From the IMG/VR virus record IMGVR_UViG_3300028591_000144: a stretch of DNA of 64,000 nucleotides; one strand, written 5' to 3'. Under the pieces are notes generated by a model. That model saw only the letters and a program-made list of their open reading frames with translations. It had not been told where the DNA came from and searched no databases. Both the position numbers and the translations under genes were made by a program. Within the stretch, counting starts at the first letter, position 1, and every line of letters starts with the position of its first letter. Positions 17,086-27,037 of this stretch are shown here, piece by piece. Source of the DNA: a virus.

Positions 17086-17557
17086 ACCTTGTAAAACCTG
17101 TAGTCATAGGGGAGTCGCACGAGACGGCTCCCCTGCTTGCCTTGAACATCAAAAAATAATTACTAATATTGAAGAAGAAGGATGTACTTGGCATTTTGAT
17201 GAGAATGTTTTAATGCAATGTGATTTATGCCATAAAAAAGTACAACAGTTATTAATTTATCAATTAGAAGATGATAAAAATTATTGTTTTTGTACTGATT
17301 GTGCTAATAAATTATATACTTGTCATACCTGCGCTTATTCTAATGATTGCGGTTTTATAAATGACCATACTATGCCAGCTTATGTTATGCAACAAGTACA
17401 ACAAGGTTTTATGACCATGCAAACACAAGTAAAAAATCCTGCTATGATAGAAAAACATTGTATTAGTTGTCGTTGTTCAATAGACGATAAAGGTACTTGT
17501 GCTAAAGAAATAAACGCTGGTCAAGAATGCACTCATTGGGCGTTGCGTTCTATATAA
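17066..17557 (+). CDS. Cys-rich putative zinc-binding protein (about 163 aa)
   Basis: Multiple CxxC/CxC pairs (CKTCSH, CDLCHKK, CFCTDC, CHTC, CISCRC). Confidence 0.6.
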   Translation: MKPISFKPCKTCSHRGVARDGSPACLEHQKIITNIEEEGCTWHFDENVLMQCDLCHKKVQQLLIYQLEDDKNYCFCTDCANKLYTCHTCAYSNDCGFINDHTMPAYVMQQVQQGFMTMQTQVKNPAMIEKHCISCRCSIDDKGTCAKEINAGQECTHWALRSI

Positions 17558-17757
17558 CCAGCGTTTTTTAATTTATTCCAATTTATATTTAAAGCTCCAG
17601 ATTCATGTTCATATCCGACAATATGTCCATTATAATAAATTTTATAATGAAAAAGTCCTATTATATCAATAACAAAAAATCCTTTATTAAAAAAACTCTT
17701 AATTCGTGGGAATTTACTATACATAACATTTTTGTGTGATGTTAATTTTTTCCACAT
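17533..17757 (-). CDS. Hypothetical minus-strand protein, 74 aa
   Basis: RBS AGAGGGA plus ATG on the minus strand. Convergent with 17066..17557. Confidence 0.45.
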   Translation of the reverse strand: MWKKLTSHKNVMYSKFPRIKSFFNKGFFVIDIIGLFHYKIYYNGHIVGYEHESGALNINWNKLKNAGYIERNAQ

Positions 17758-17829
17758 TTAAAATCCCTCTTTTTTATTTTGATATAAATATTATATCAAA
17801 AAAATAAAAATTTGTAAAGGAGGAATAAC

Positions 17830-18600
17830 ATGAAAAAAATTATTTTAATAACAATAATTATTTTAGTTATTCTATTTATTTGCGCTCCTTTTGCAAATGC
17901 TGAGTAGCAAATTACTGTTACTGAATATCCAAAAGGAACTTCAGAATTATTAGATGGTGGATATTTACTTGTTGATATAAAATTAGATGATATTCATAAT
18001 TTACGTACTTATTAGGGGTCAGGTACTTTTTCAGAATTAGTAAAAGAAGCTGAAAAAGAAGATGATATTTTACTTGCTATTAATGGAGATTTTTGGAATT
18101 TTTTATCTTATGAAAGAATTATAGTAAGAAATGGTGAAGTATTATCAGAATTACAATCTCTTTCTCGTAGAGATTATTGTATAATTTATGAGAATGGAAC
18201 AATGTGGACTTATTCTTATAAAATTAAAAATCCAAATCGTTTGACTAACTGTTGGTAGTTATTTAGTTTTGGGCCTCGTCTTGTTCATAATTTTGAACCA
18301 ATTCTTAATTATTCAGACTGCTTTGATTATGATGTTGCTTGGAATTCTCATCCAAGAACTGCAATAGGATATTTTGAAAAAAATCATTTTTGTTTTTTAC
18401 TTGTTTATGGAAGAAATGAAGAAGACCATGGTTGTTATCTAGAAAATATGGCTTAGTTTCTTGCAGACTTAGGATGTAAAGAAGCGTATAATGTAGATGG
18501 GGGAAGTTCAAGTCATATATGGTATAATGGCAAAGAAATAGGGAAACCTAGTGCTGATAAATAGTTGTCTGACATTATTTATATTAGAAAGGATTCATAA
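17830..18600 (+). CDS. Secreted phosphodiester glycosidase-like protein (NAGPA/DUF2233-like), 256 aa, 4 in-frame TAG codons
   Basis: Signal peptide MKKIILITIIILVILFICAPFANA. The C-terminal segment NVDGGSSSHIWYNGKEIGKPS is typical of this family. Continuous only with TAG decoded. Confidence 0.55.
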
Positions 18601-18771
18601 ATGTATTATATTATACAAATTATTTTTGTTATTTTAAAATTAACTAATTTAATAGATTGGAGTTGGATAACTGTTTTTATTCCAACTTGGATTTTATTAG
18701 GTCTTGTCATTTTAGATTGGCTACAAGATATAGTTGAAAAATGGACAGATAATTATGATTATTTTAAATAA
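18601..18771 (+). CDS. Small membrane protein (56 aa), holin-like size and hydrophobicity
   Basis: Start overlaps the upstream stop (TAAATG). Two hydrophobic stretches. Confidence 0.4.
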   Translation: MYYIIQIIFVILKLTNLIDWSWITVFIPTWILLGLVILDWLQDIVEKWTDNYDYFK

Positions 18772-18774
18772 ATA

Positions 18775-18855
18775 AGGAAAATGCGCGAACCAGGTTAAAT
18801 GCCACGGAGAAATCTAGTTTAAAAGTGGCAGTTAAGCGGTTTGCGCATTTTTTTC
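18775..18855 (+). ncRNA. Conserved structured element, copy 1 (TGCGCGAACC...GCCACGGAGAAATCTAGTTTAAAAGTGGCAGTTAAGCGGTTTGCGCA)
   Basis: A second copy of about 75 nt at 28350-28440 shares the closing stem TGCGCGAACC / TTCGCGCA and the internal GCCACGG-AAA-CTAG-TTTA...AGTTAAGC. Confidence 0.5.
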
Positions 18856-18862
18856 TTTTTAA

Positions 18863-18905
18863 TTGATTTTATTAAAAAAATATTATATAATATTTATATA
18901 AAGTA
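18863..18905 (+). promoter_or_regulatory. Class-2 conserved phage promoter (TTGATTTTATTAAAAAAATATTATATAATATTTATATAAAG), representative of about 30 copies
   Basis: -35 TTGATTTT, an A-run, -10 TATAAT and a downstream TATTTATAG. Other copies begin near 20383, 21046, 22195, 22700, 22873, 23012, 23691, 28662, 31326, 33564, 34745, 37653, 40219, 44699, 48358, 49688, 51533, 52906, 54445, 60313, 61729, 62068 and 62279. Confidence 0.7.
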
Positions 18906-18930
18906 AAAAAGAAAAAGGAAGAATAATTAA

Positions 18931-19221
18931 ATGCGTATTATACCTTGTCCTGTTTGCGGTAGACAACCTAAAATTACTGAATGTGTTAGTTATACCAATA
19001 AACGGCGTAGGATGTGTGGTTGTCCTAATTATGATAGTATTCTCCCTGGTCGTAATGGTTTTAAACAATCATTTTTTATTTATGTTGGCGATGGCGATGA
19101 TAATGATATTTATAAACTTTGGAACATTGCTGTTGAATATTACAATAAAAATAAAGATATAATTAAAGGTTGGAGTTATAAAGTTCCAGCTTGGAAAAAT
19201 AATTCTCATATTGAATATTGA
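18931..19221 (+). CDS. Zn-ribbon protein (CPVCG...CGCPNY), 96 aa
   Basis: ORF with RBS AAAAGGAAG. Confidence 0.65.
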   Translation: MRIIPCPVCGRQPKITECVSYTNKRRRMCGCPNYDSILPGRNGFKQSFFIYVGDGDDNDIYKLWNIAVEYYNKNKDIIKGWSYKVPAWKNNSHIEY

Positions 19222-19244
19222 AAAAGGATAAAGGAGAGATTTAA

Positions 19245-19562
19245 ATGTATAGAACTGAGACTGAATTAATTTTTCTTAATAGAGGAGAGTTAAATGAATA
19301 TGTTAACTTTCTAGAAAAAATGGTAGATTCTTGTTTTAATACTATTTTTCAGACGTATGAAGCTTTAAACCTTTCCTATAACGCAGAAGATATTTTGAAT
19401 GATTATATTCATGAAGCTAAAGGGCCAACAATAATTGAATCTATCCTTATTAAAGAAGGCGAATGGTCTGAAGAAGAAGTAATGCGTAATTTTGCTAGGG
19501 AGCGCATGCTTAAAAAGATTCAAAAAATAATTGAAAAAAATAAAATTAATAACGGAGATTAA
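19245..19562 (+). CDS. Hypothetical protein, 105 aa
   Basis: RBS AAAGGAGAG. Confidence 0.65.
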   Translation: MYRTETELIFLNRGELNEYVNFLEKMVDSCFNTIFQTYEALNLSYNAEDILNDYIHEAKGPTIIESILIKEGEWSEEEVMRNFARERMLKKIQKIIEKNKINNGD

Positions 19563-19566
19563 AGGA

Positions 19567-19899
19567 ATGAAAGAACGTCATTATTCAATGGTTGGCTATG
19601 GTTTTCATATTCCTAAGTATGTAATTAATCAAATGAAAAAAGACACTAAACTATTTGAAAAGTTTAAAGAAAGTCATTATTCATATCCTACTGATGCTTT
19701 AAATGCAGATACTAGTGAATATTTCTTTGGTCTTGTAATTGATACTATTTATCCAACTTATATGCATCAGTTTAATATTCCTGTGCTTTGTCCTGATGAA
19801 CTTTATAGAAAAATGCTTAAAGAATATAGACGTTTTTTCCCAGATATGTATGAAGATAATTATACTCCAACTACTTGGATTATTTCTGGAGTAGATTAA
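19567..19899 (+). CDS. Hypothetical protein, family C (paralogue of 20438..20770; shared SPYFFG...WIISGV end)
   Basis: The internal ATG with RBS TAAAGGA is preferred over the track start at 19531. Confidence 0.6.
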   Translation: MKERHYSMVGYGFHIPKYVINQMKKDTKLFEKFKESHYSYPTDALNADTSEYFFGLVIDTIYPTYMHQFNIPVLCPDELYRKMLKEYRRFFPDMYEDNYTPTTWIISGVD

Positions 19900-19936
19900 A
19901 AAAATATTATATCATATATAAAGGAGTTTTTTTTAT

Positions 19937-20177
19937 GGGAAAAGAAATTTTTATAATTGTTAATTATGATTCAGCAGAAATTGAATATGCTTCAGAAAAT
20001 TATATTAATGTACAAGAAGTTCTATATGATTCATATATGGAAAATCTTTATTATGAATTTCTTTGGCATATTAATTATGAAGGAAAAACTGCAGCAGAAG
20101 CTTATCAAGAAGCTGTAAAATTAGTCCAGCCTTGGTTTCGTGATTATATTGTCGTAGAAAAGGTAGTTCTTGATTAA
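19937..20177 (+). CDS. Hypothetical protein, 80 aa
   Basis: RBS AAGGAG. Confidence 0.55.
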
Positions 20178-20371
20178 TGAAAGTTAAAGAATTTATTGAT
20201 TAGTTATATAATAATTTAAACCTTGATGCAGAATTAGATTTTCTTTGTATAGGTTATGATGATTGGTTTTGGCTTGATATCCGTGCAATTAATATGAATG
20301 CAGATATTGATGACCCAGACAATAAGAACCGTGGAGGAATAACTTTTACTCCTAGAGCAATAGATAGTTAA
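20177..20371 (+). CDS. Small protein, 64 aa, 1 in-frame TAG
   Basis: Coupled start (TAATG). Continuous only with TAG decoded. Confidence 0.35.
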
Positions 20372-20437
20372 TAATTCTTTATTTGATTTTATTAAAAAAA
20401 TATTATAAAATATATATATAAAAAGGAGGTTAAAAGA

Positions 20438-20770
20438 ATGAGTGTTGATTATCGTACTATGGTTGGATACGGTTATATGGTAACTCCTGCTATGCTTGAT
20501 ACGCTTTATCAGCGTGGTGGAAAAGACCTTCTTGAAGAATTTCAGGAAAGTGATTGGGCTTGTTCTGTGGATGATTATTGCTCTGATACTTCTCCTTATT
20601 TCTTTGGCATTATTCTGGAAGGAATTACCCCTGGTATGATTGCTCCTCTTCCTACTAAACGCAATTATAAGCACGAAGACCTTGATAATATGATAGAAGA
20701 ATTTAAAAAGTTTTTCCCTAATATGGAAGATTATATTTGCCGTGATTGGCTAATTTCAGGAGTAAATTAA
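20438..20770 (+). CDS. Hypothetical protein, family C paralogue
   Basis: RBS AAAGGAGG plus a class-2 promoter at 20383. Confidence 0.7.
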   Translation: MSVDYRTMVGYGYMVTPAMLDTLYQRGGKDLLEEFQESDWACSVDDYCSDTSPYFFGIILEGITPGMIAPLPTKRNYKHEDLDNMIEEFKKFFPNMEDYICRDWLISGVN

Positions 20771-20771
20771 A

Positions 20772-21032
20772 ATGAATAATAATGGAGCAATACTTTTTGA
20801 TAGAGTTTTAAAAATGCTCCCTAAATCTGTTCCACCAGAAGTAATTGTTGGAGTAGAATATAGACCCTTTAATGAAAAAGATGGCAACCCTAGCTATTGG
20901 GTATATCTTAAAGCAGGTTGGATTTGCCCTGAGATGGAATGTCATACTATTCACGAAGACACTTTGGCAAAACTTAGACCATATATAAGAAGCATTGAAC
21001 CTTGGCCTGACGACCCTGAATTAAATAGATAA
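20772..21032 (+). CDS. Hypothetical protein, 86 aa
   Basis: ORF immediately after 20770. Confidence 0.6.
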   Translation: MNNNGAILFDRVLKMLPKSVPPEVIVGVEYRPFNEKDGNPSYWVYLKAGWICPEMECHTIHEDTLAKLRPYIRSIEPWPDDPELNR

Positions 21033-21104
21033 ATTAATCTCTTATTTGATTTTTTTTAAAAAATATAATATAATATTTATAGAAAATAAGGGAAGGTGAT
21101 ATTT

Positions 21105-21395
21105 ATGCTTTATGAAAGAAAAGAACGATATATTACTGTTACTGATGATTGGCATCCTTGTTATGAAGAAAATAAAGTAAGATTAAGCCTTTCCCTTAAT
21201 CAGTGGAAAGATGAATATTATGTCAAAATTGCCGCTTGGGGTAATGATGATTATGGCCTCGAAGTTATATATGACAAATATAAAAATATTAAAGATGCTC
21301 GTGATAAGTATAATGCCCTTATTCCCATTTTTGATAGTATTCCTAATGGTATTAATAAGTATTGGTTTATTAATAGAGGTTGGAAGAGATTTTAA
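21105..21395 (+). CDS. Hypothetical protein, 96 aa
   Basis: RBS GGAAGGTG. Class-2 promoter at 21046. Confidence 0.6.
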   Translation: MLYERKERYITVTDDWHPCYEENKVRLSLSLNQWKDEYYVKIAAWGNDDYGLEVIYDKYKNIKDARDKYNALIPIFDSIPNGINKYWFINRGWKRF

Positions 21396-21410
21396 TTCGG
21401 AGTTAAAAAA

Positions 21411-21674
21411 ATGATAACAATAGTCAAACAACCAACAAAATTATATCAAGAGGAAGCAATCCAAAAGCATTTTAGATGTCGATATTGCGGCACAGAATGG
21501 ATTGCTGACCCCACTGATTATGTAATAAAAAGAGCAGAAGTATGGGTTAATAATATAGAGCAATGTAATTATTTAGCCAATTGTCCTATTTGTGGTCATT
21601 ACCATTGTTTTGAGTATTCTGATAAAGGAAAAACTTGGGATGATGTTACATATAGTTTTAGAAAATATAATTAA
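21411..21674 (+). CDS. Zn-ribbon protein, family D (IVKQPTKL...CRYCG...CPICG). Paralogues at 26780 and 29859.
   Basis: Shared N-terminal I-x-Q-P-T-K-L and two CxxC pairs. Confidence 0.65.
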   Translation: MITIVKQPTKLYQEEAIQKHFRCRYCGTEWIADPTDYVIKRAEVWVNNIEQCNYLANCPICGHYHCFEYSDKGKTWDDVTYSFRKYN

Positions 21675-21688
21675 GAGAGATAAGAAAT

Positions 21689-22183
21689 ATGCTTTTCGTT
21701 CATGAATTTATGGAGTTTAATGATGGTTCTGTCCGTGATAATGGATGGTGGGAGTATAATCCTGACACTGAAATTGTATATAACCGTAATGGTGGTTGGC
21801 ATCCTTATCATCATAGACCAGAAGAAGAAATAATTGAATCTACTTGGGATGAAATTCTAGCACGCACTATTCGTAATGATAGTTGCATAACTGGCTGGAT
21901 TGCACCTGATGGTGAATTTTTTGGGTGCGCCCCAATGGACCATGTGCGATTAGCTCAATATTATCTAAAAACTACGGAAGAGCACTTAGAGCAAAATGGT
22001 TGGATTAAGATTACCGAAGTGCCTTATTGGGCAAAAGAAAAATATCCAAATATTAATGGGCGTTATGAATATCATTTTTTCAATCCTTATAAGCATATTA
22101 CTCAAGCACAATATAAAACTCTTAAAGATAAAGGTCTTGAACTTGAAGAGTATGATTTAAAGTATAATCTTGCAATGGAATAA
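21689..22183 (+). CDS. Hypothetical protein, 164 aa
   Basis: ORF with RBS GAGAGA. Confidence 0.65.
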   Translation: MLFVHEFMEFNDGSVRDNGWWEYNPDTEIVYNRNGGWHPYHHRPEEEIIESTWDEILARTIRNDSCITGWIAPDGEFFGCAPMDHVRLAQYYLKTTEEHLEQNGWIKITEVPYWAKEKYPNINGRYEYHFFNPYKHITQAQYKTLKDKGLELEEYDLKYNLAME

Positions 22184-22235
22184 AAATCTCTTATTTGATT
22201 TTTTTAAAAAAATTTGGTAAAATATATATGTAATT

Positions 22236-22350
22236 AAGAGAGATAAGAAAAATCTCGACGGAGACATTGTGAAATGACAATAAACGGTTAGCGCGGAACA
22301 CCATCGCGCCTTATCTCTCTTATTATAAATATTTCTAAGAAGTGCTATTA
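22236..22350 (+). ncRNA. Promoter-driven leader or small RNA enclosed by the inverted repeat GAGAGATAAG...CTTATCTCTC, immediately upstream of a tRNA
   Basis: Class-2 promoter at 22195. The 10-bp bracket stem is read directly. Confidence 0.45.
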
Positions 22351-22353
22351 ATT

Positions 22354-22426
22354 GGGGATGTAGCTCAATTGGTAGAGTAGTGGTTTCTTAAATCATTGGT
22401 TGCGGGTTCAAGTCCCTCTATCCTCA
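22354..22426 (+). tRNA. tRNA, anticodon CTT (Lys) in the most consistent fold
   Basis: Acceptor GGGGATG/TATCCTC (2 G-U pairs), D-arm GCTCAATTGGTAGAG, anticodon arm GTGGT-TTCTTAA-ATCAT, T-loop TTCAAGT. The T-stem has one mismatch. Confidence 0.55.
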
Positions 22427-22429
22427 CTA

Positions 22430-22690
22430 TTAGGTCTATTCTTCATCCTAGTGCTACAATGAAGGAGCAAGATGTCAATGCAGAACATCCGTTTTGTTAA
22501 GGCTTTTTGAATGTGGAAAAGCTGAATGTGAGATTGCCACATGGGTAATCATGTCATCCAGCATAAAGTGGTGCGGGAGTTTTAGACCCCAGCTGGGCAA
22601 AGGCGTAGCGACCATCTAAGATAAAAGTCCCAATGGTGGAAGGGACAAAAAACCGGCATCTGGGCAAGCCACGCTTTAAGCGTTAAACCA
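22430..22690 (+). ncRNA. About 260-nt GC-rich non-coding region following the tRNA; a putative structured RNA
   Basis: No ORF. GC content is clearly above the surroundings. Ends at the next class-2 promoter. Confidence 0.35.
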
Positions 22691-22749
22691 AGACACCAAA
22701 AACCTTTATTTGATTTTTTAAAAAAAATTTGGTAAAATATATATGTAAG

Positions 22750-22865
22750 TTAAAGAACGGTAGCATAACCGTAAGCAAGGTGCTATGCTGGAATGGCAAT
22801 TCCAAAGGGTTCTGTGTTAACAGAAGTAAGGCAAGTGCAAATCCACCCTAAATTTCTTTAAGAAA
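22750..22865 (+). ncRNA. Promoter-driven small RNA bracketed by TTAAAGAA...TTCTTTAA. Contains T-arm-like hairpins (GGAATGGCAATTCC, GCAAGTGCAAATCC).
   Basis: Class-2 promoter at about 22700. No ORF. Confidence 0.45.
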
Positions 22866-22924
22866 TCTTTTAATTGATTTTTTAAAAAAAATATTATAAA
22901 ATATATATGTAAGATAAAGAAATG

Positions 22925-23000
22925 AGTTCTTTAAAAAGAACTTGCGGCCCAAACGGTGAGAGAGGGGCTGGGTTAATGCTCCTCCAAAAAAACTTAAAGA
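22925..23000 (+). ncRNA. Promoter-driven small RNA (hairpin AGTTCTTT-AAA-AAGAACT, a GC-rich stem, an A-run)
   Basis: Class-2 promoter at about 22873. No ORF. Confidence 0.4.
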
Positions 23001-23212
23001 ATCTCTCAATTGAAAATTTAAAAAAAATTTGGTAAAATATAAATGTAAGGTTGAGAGATAAAAAAAAATAAAGTGTCGAGGATATGGTGGTAGATGAGTG
23101 TCAGAGAGAAGCGTTCACTGCTAAGCACTCTCGCTAAGGAACCTCGTAAAAAAATAGCTAAGTGCAAAAATAAAAACTCCAAGTGTGAAGAAATACAAAA
23201 TTCTTATATGAG

Positions 23213-23605
23213 GTGTATACTATGGCTACTTCTAAGATTACTGAGCGCGATATCTACAATGCGATGATTGATGGCACGATTGATGCCGAGACGATGGCCG
23301 AGTTTGCTGAGAAGAAGCTGGCTCAGCTGGACAAGCGGAATGAGTCCGCGAAGAAGCGTGCTGCGAAGAAGCGCGCAGAGAGCGATGAGCTGACGGAGAA
23401 GATTTTTGAACTGCTCTCCGAAGAGGCTATGGACCGCGTAGCGGTGTTTGAGGCCCTGCAGGCCGACGGTGTAGAGACTACCCTGGGCAAGATTACTTCT
23501 CGTCTGAGCAACCTTGTAAAGGAAGGTCGCGCCAATAAGGCAAAGGGCAAGGCTCAGGGTGAAGATGGTAAGGCTCATGAGGTGACGTTCTACACTGTCG
23601 CCTGA
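23213..23605 (+). CDS. Small basic protein, family A paralogue. GC-rich.
   Basis: KKLAQLDKRNESAKKRAAKKRAESDELT is shared almost exactly with the protein of 51711..52043. C-terminus HEVTFYTVA. Long promoter-proximal leader. Confidence 0.75.
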   Translation: MYTMATSKITERDIYNAMIDGTIDAETMAEFAEKKLAQLDKRNESAKKRAAKKRAESDELTEKIFELLSEEAMDRVAVFEALQADGVETTLGKITSRLSNLVKEGRANKAKGKAQGEDGKAHEVTFYTVA

Positions 23606-23641
23606 GGTCTTCTCCTTAATTAAATAAGCTACCTCCTTTTT

Positions 23642-23690
23642 CTCCTAACCGAGTCTTCTCCTCCTTTCTCTCGGTTAGGAGATTTTTATT
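23642..23690 (+). terminator. Hairpin terminator CTCCTAACCGAG...CTCGGTTAGGAG plus T-tract
   Basis: Read directly. Confidence 0.7.
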
Positions 23691-23753
23691 TGATTTTATT
23701 AAAAAAATATTATATAATATATATATAAGATAAAGAAATGAGGAATTATAAAA

Positions 23754-24269
23754 ATGACTGCTATTAAGAATTTTCGTTCAACAATTATTAATTGGTTATG
23801 TAGTCATGGATTTTCTAATATTGATATTGATTTTAAAAAAGATTTTGGTTATACTATTGACCCAGACTCTAATATTCGATATATTAATATTGGCATAGAA
23901 GATTTTGAAGATACAAATAATTATTTTTCTCAATTTCTTTTTGAATATGGTTTAAAATATTTAAAAATTTCTGCTCCTGTTCTTGCGTTTTTTCATGAAC
24001 TTGGTCATCATATGACTTTAAATAATTTTACAGATGAAGAAATTTGGTTATGTTCTTTTGCTAAAGGTTTTGACAATGTTGGTTCAGAGCAAGATTGGTA
24101 TACAAATTATTGGCTTATTGGAGATGAATTTGCAGCTAATATTTGGGAAATTAATTATATTAATTCTCATATTGAAGATGTTCAAGAATTTTGTAATATC
24201 TTTGAAAAAGCCTGGTCAGCAATCTTTGAAGAAACCACTATGGAAGAACTGCTAAATGAGGTAATTTAA
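23754..24269 (+). CDS. Putative zinc metallopeptidase (HExxH motif: AFFHELGHHMT), 171 aa
   Basis: HEXXH motif only. The family was not resolved. Confidence 0.5.
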   Translation: MTAIKNFRSTIINWLCSHGFSNIDIDFKKDFGYTIDPDSNIRYINIGIEDFEDTNNYFSQFLFEYGLKYLKISAPVLAFFHELGHHMTLNNFTDEEIWLCSFAKGFDNVGSEQDWYTNYWLIGDEFAANIWEINYINSHIEDVQEFCNIFEKAWSAIFEETTMEELLNEVI

Positions 24270-24270
24270 T

Positions 24271-24393
24271 ATGAATGAAGTACTAGCAATATTCGCAGCT
24301 ATTGGAGTAATTTGTGTTGGTGTCTTTTTAATTTTTTGTATTGTTTGTGGAATAATGCAAATTGATAAGTGGATTGAAAAATTAAGAAAATAA
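24271..24393 (+). CDS. Small membrane peptide (40 aa, one TM helix)
   Basis: Coupled start. Hydrophobic core AIFAAIGVICVGVFLIFCIVCGI. Confidence 0.35.
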   Translation: MNEVLAIFAAIGVICVGVFLIFCIVCGIMQIDKWIEKLRK

Positions 24394-24408
24394 TAAGGAG
24401 GTAATATA

Positions 24409-24771
24409 ATGGCACTTCGAGACCTTAAGACTTTGAATCGTGGAAAGTATCAGCACGCAATGAATAAACTGGTACGTAAATTTAATAAGGATATTCAGGA
24501 AGACTGGCTGTGGAATTCAAGGTTTGTTATGCGGCAGAAGGCTTTTTATTGCCGTCCTTATGATGACCATAGTGGAATGGAATGTGATTTCATTCTTGAA
24601 CTGAAAGACACTAAGACTGGTAACGTGGAAATTAAACACGTTGACCAATACGATGCTAGCTATAGGATTTGGGAATGGGCTAATCGTTGTATCACTGAAA
24701 TCTGGAAAGTATGGGATGAAAATCCTAATCCTAATGAGCAAGCTCGTTTGGAGGGTCGTCAGCCAGAATGA
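24409..24771 (+). CDS. Hypothetical protein, 120 aa
   Basis: RBS AAGGAGG. Confidence 0.65.
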   Translation: MALRDLKTLNRGKYQHAMNKLVRKFNKDIQEDWLWNSRFVMRQKAFYCRPYDDHSGMECDFILELKDTKTGNVEIKHVDQYDASYRIWEWANRCITEIWKVWDENPNPNEQARLEGRQPE

Positions 24772-25571
24772 ATTGTGGTGATATAATGCAACTTATAATT
24801 TCATTTTTAATTACACCTATTATAATAGGAACTATGATATTCATAGTAGGAGGAATATCTAACCTAATTGATAAATTAATAGATAAAAAAGATCATAAGA
24901 AAGAAATAGAAAATAATTATAAAGCATATTTTTTTATTAATGGAAATGATTATCGTATTTGGCATCCAAAAAATTCAATAGCTAATAACTTAGCTTTTCC
25001 AGAAGATAAAAATCAACGTATTGTGGATATGCCAAGACTTACATTTGAAAGATGGCTTACTTTCTATAATCTTAATCCTGAAAACTGGATTATTCAAACA
25101 ACTAATGATGTTTATTATTTTCTTTATAGGGATATTCCATATTATGCAAAATTAAATGAAGATAAGAAATGGATAGTACTTCCTATATTTTGGTCCAGTC
25201 CAGAAGAAATGGGTAAATTTCGTGATTGGCTTGAAAATGTATATAAACAGGGAGATGCGCGCATCAATCAACAGCGACAAGAAAAAAATTATAAGAAACT
25301 TGTTGAGATAGTTGAAAATGATATAAAAGAAAGACAAGACAAGGTTCAGCAAGACCTTCTTAAAATGCGCGAAGAACTTCTTAATATTAAAAGAGAAGAA
25401 ACAATCCCTACTGAGGAAGAAACTGAAATAGTTCTTGGTTTACCTGATGGTACTACTTATAAAGTAAATAAGCAAGATTATGAATGGTATAAAAAGCATA
25501 CTCCAAATGGATATTGTTTTTATAAAGATGGAAAAATTATAAATGCAAATTCTTGTTTGGTAATAAAATAA
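24768..25571 (+). CDS. Membrane-anchored hypothetical protein with a C-terminal coiled coil, 267 aa
   Basis: N-terminal TM helix (LIISFLITPIIIGTMIFIVGG). The ORF overlaps the upstream stop. Confidence 0.65.
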   Translation: MNCGDIMQLIISFLITPIIIGTMIFIVGGISNLIDKLIDKKDHKKEIENNYKAYFFINGNDYRIWHPKNSIANNLAFPEDKNQRIVDMPRLTFERWLTFYNLNPENWIIQTTNDVYYFLYRDIPYYAKLNEDKKWIVLPIFWSSPEEMGKFRDWLENVYKQGDARINQQRQEKNYKKLVEIVENDIKERQDKVQQDLLKMREELLNIKREETIPTEEETEIVLGLPDGTTYKVNKQDYEWYKKHTPNGYCFYKDGKIINANSCLVIK

Positions 25572-25652
25572 TAAAAAAAGTAAAGTATTAAAATTTAATA
25601 CTTTACTTTTTATTTTTTATATGTTATAATATTTATAGGAAGTGATATTATT

Positions 25653-25853
25653 ATGGAAAAAAATATTGATTTTACAACTCAATTATATCGAGAAATATTA
25701 CATTATGCTACTGATGCAGATTATAATCTTAGTATGAAAGCTCTTGAGGAATTAGCTTATAAAGCAGGATATTCTAAAGATGAACTTGTTCAATTAATTA
25801 AAAACATTTATGAATCTTTACCTGTGGCTTTTAGTTTTCCACAAGAAAAATAA
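25653..25853 (+). CDS. Hypothetical protein, 66 aa
   Basis: ORF after the terminator at 25575-25610. Confidence 0.5.
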   Translation: MEKNIDFTTQLYREILHYATDADYNLSMKALEELAYKAGYSKDELVQLIKNIYESLPVAFSFPQEK

Positions 25854-25956
25854 TAAATTTTTAAACTAGGTAAAAAGTCTGCGCTTGCGCCGAGGACTGA
25901 CACCAAGTCGAAATTCAAAGATAAAATTTGTTTTGAAATTTTTGGAGGTAGTTTTT

Positions 25957-26142
25957 ATGAAAGGTATACTTCGTTATACAGTTATTAAAGAAAAAGAAAT
26001 TGAATTTGATGATGATACTTTTTCTAATACTTCAAACATTCAATCTTTTTGGTCTAATATGGCACAAAATGAAAATGATAAAGTGATTAAGATCAAAGGC
26101 AATTGGATTAAAGACGAACAAGGAAAGAAAGTGTATAATTAA
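25957..26142 (+). CDS. Hypothetical protein, 61 aa
   Basis: The internal ATG with RBS GGAGG is preferred over the track start. Confidence 0.5.
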   Translation: MKGILRYTVIKEKEIEFDDDTFSNTSNIQSFWSNMAQNENDKVIKIKGNWIKDEQGKKVYN

Positions 26143-26459
26143 TGTATAGAATGTATATTGATGATGAACGAATTCCAGTAGAGAAATATGATATTATTTG
26201 TCGTACACCTGATGAAGCAATTAAAGCATTTCGTAAAAAGTACAAAGCAGGTGGACGTCATTTCTTTCTTGAGATGGACTATGATAGCGGACTACCAAAG
26301 ACATTCGATGAAGTATTAAAAACTATTGAATCATATGTTCATCTTGGGAAAATGCGCGACCTAGATATTGATGTACATATCCATAGCGGGAACGCGGTTG
26401 GCAGAGAAAATATTAGACGTATTATTCAAGCTAATGATTATATATATGAGGTATATTAA
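26142..26459 (+). CDS. Hypothetical protein, 105 aa
   Basis: Coupled start (TAATG). Confidence 0.6.
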   Translation: MYRMYIDDERIPVEKYDIICRTPDEAIKAFRKKYKAGGRHFFLEMDYDSGLPKTFDEVLKTIESYVHLGKMRDLDIDVHIHSGNAVGRENIRRIIQANDYIYEVY

Positions 26460-26780
26460 ATGAATTATTTAAATTATATGTGTAATATGACAGGGTATTA
26501 GCCTTCTACTACCACTTACGAAGATTTTACAATTTCAGAAGAGTTTGGAGTTGCGGCAATAGAAACACTTTATATGCAGCTTTTTGAAAAATATAAAACT
26601 GATTATAAAAAATTGACTGAGCTTGTTATGATGTTAAATTGGAAAAGTTGGGAACATAATAGTTAGGGGAATTATGAAATATCAGAATTATATGCAGATT
26701 TATTTTATAAAGCAAGAGATTATGGATATGACCATCTTAAAGATGATGAATTATCTTATTTTTGGAGGACACTTGATTAA
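26460..26780 (+). CDS. Hypothetical protein, 106 aa, 2 in-frame TAG codons
   Basis: Coupled start. Continuous only if TAG is sense. Confidence 0.45.
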
Positions 26781-27037
26781 TGATTGAAATTATTCAATAT
26801 CCAACAAAAACTGATTGGCACACAATTAAGGTTAATTGTTAGTTTTGCGATTGTGCGATGGAGGCTACATTAAATGAATTTAAAAAAGCATATGATAAAG
26901 ATAATAATTTGTATTATGAAATTACTTGCCCTTTTTGCGGGCGTGATATTCTTGTTTCTCCTAGCTATGGTGCTGAAATTTGGATTAACGGTCCAGCCAC
27001 TCATGCTGGATATGATAAAAGAAAAGTGACAATATGA
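26780..27037 (+). CDS. Zn-ribbon protein, family D paralogue (IQYPTK...CQFCDC...CPFCG), 1 in-frame TAG
   Basis: Shared family motifs. The TAG codon lies inside the first zinc knuckle. Confidence 0.5.

Noticed and set aside
20234-20674. Minus-strand ORF of 146 aa overlapping plus-strand genes 20177..20770
   Set aside because: Antisense to RBS-supported plus-strand genes. Asn/Ile/Lys-rich low complexity.
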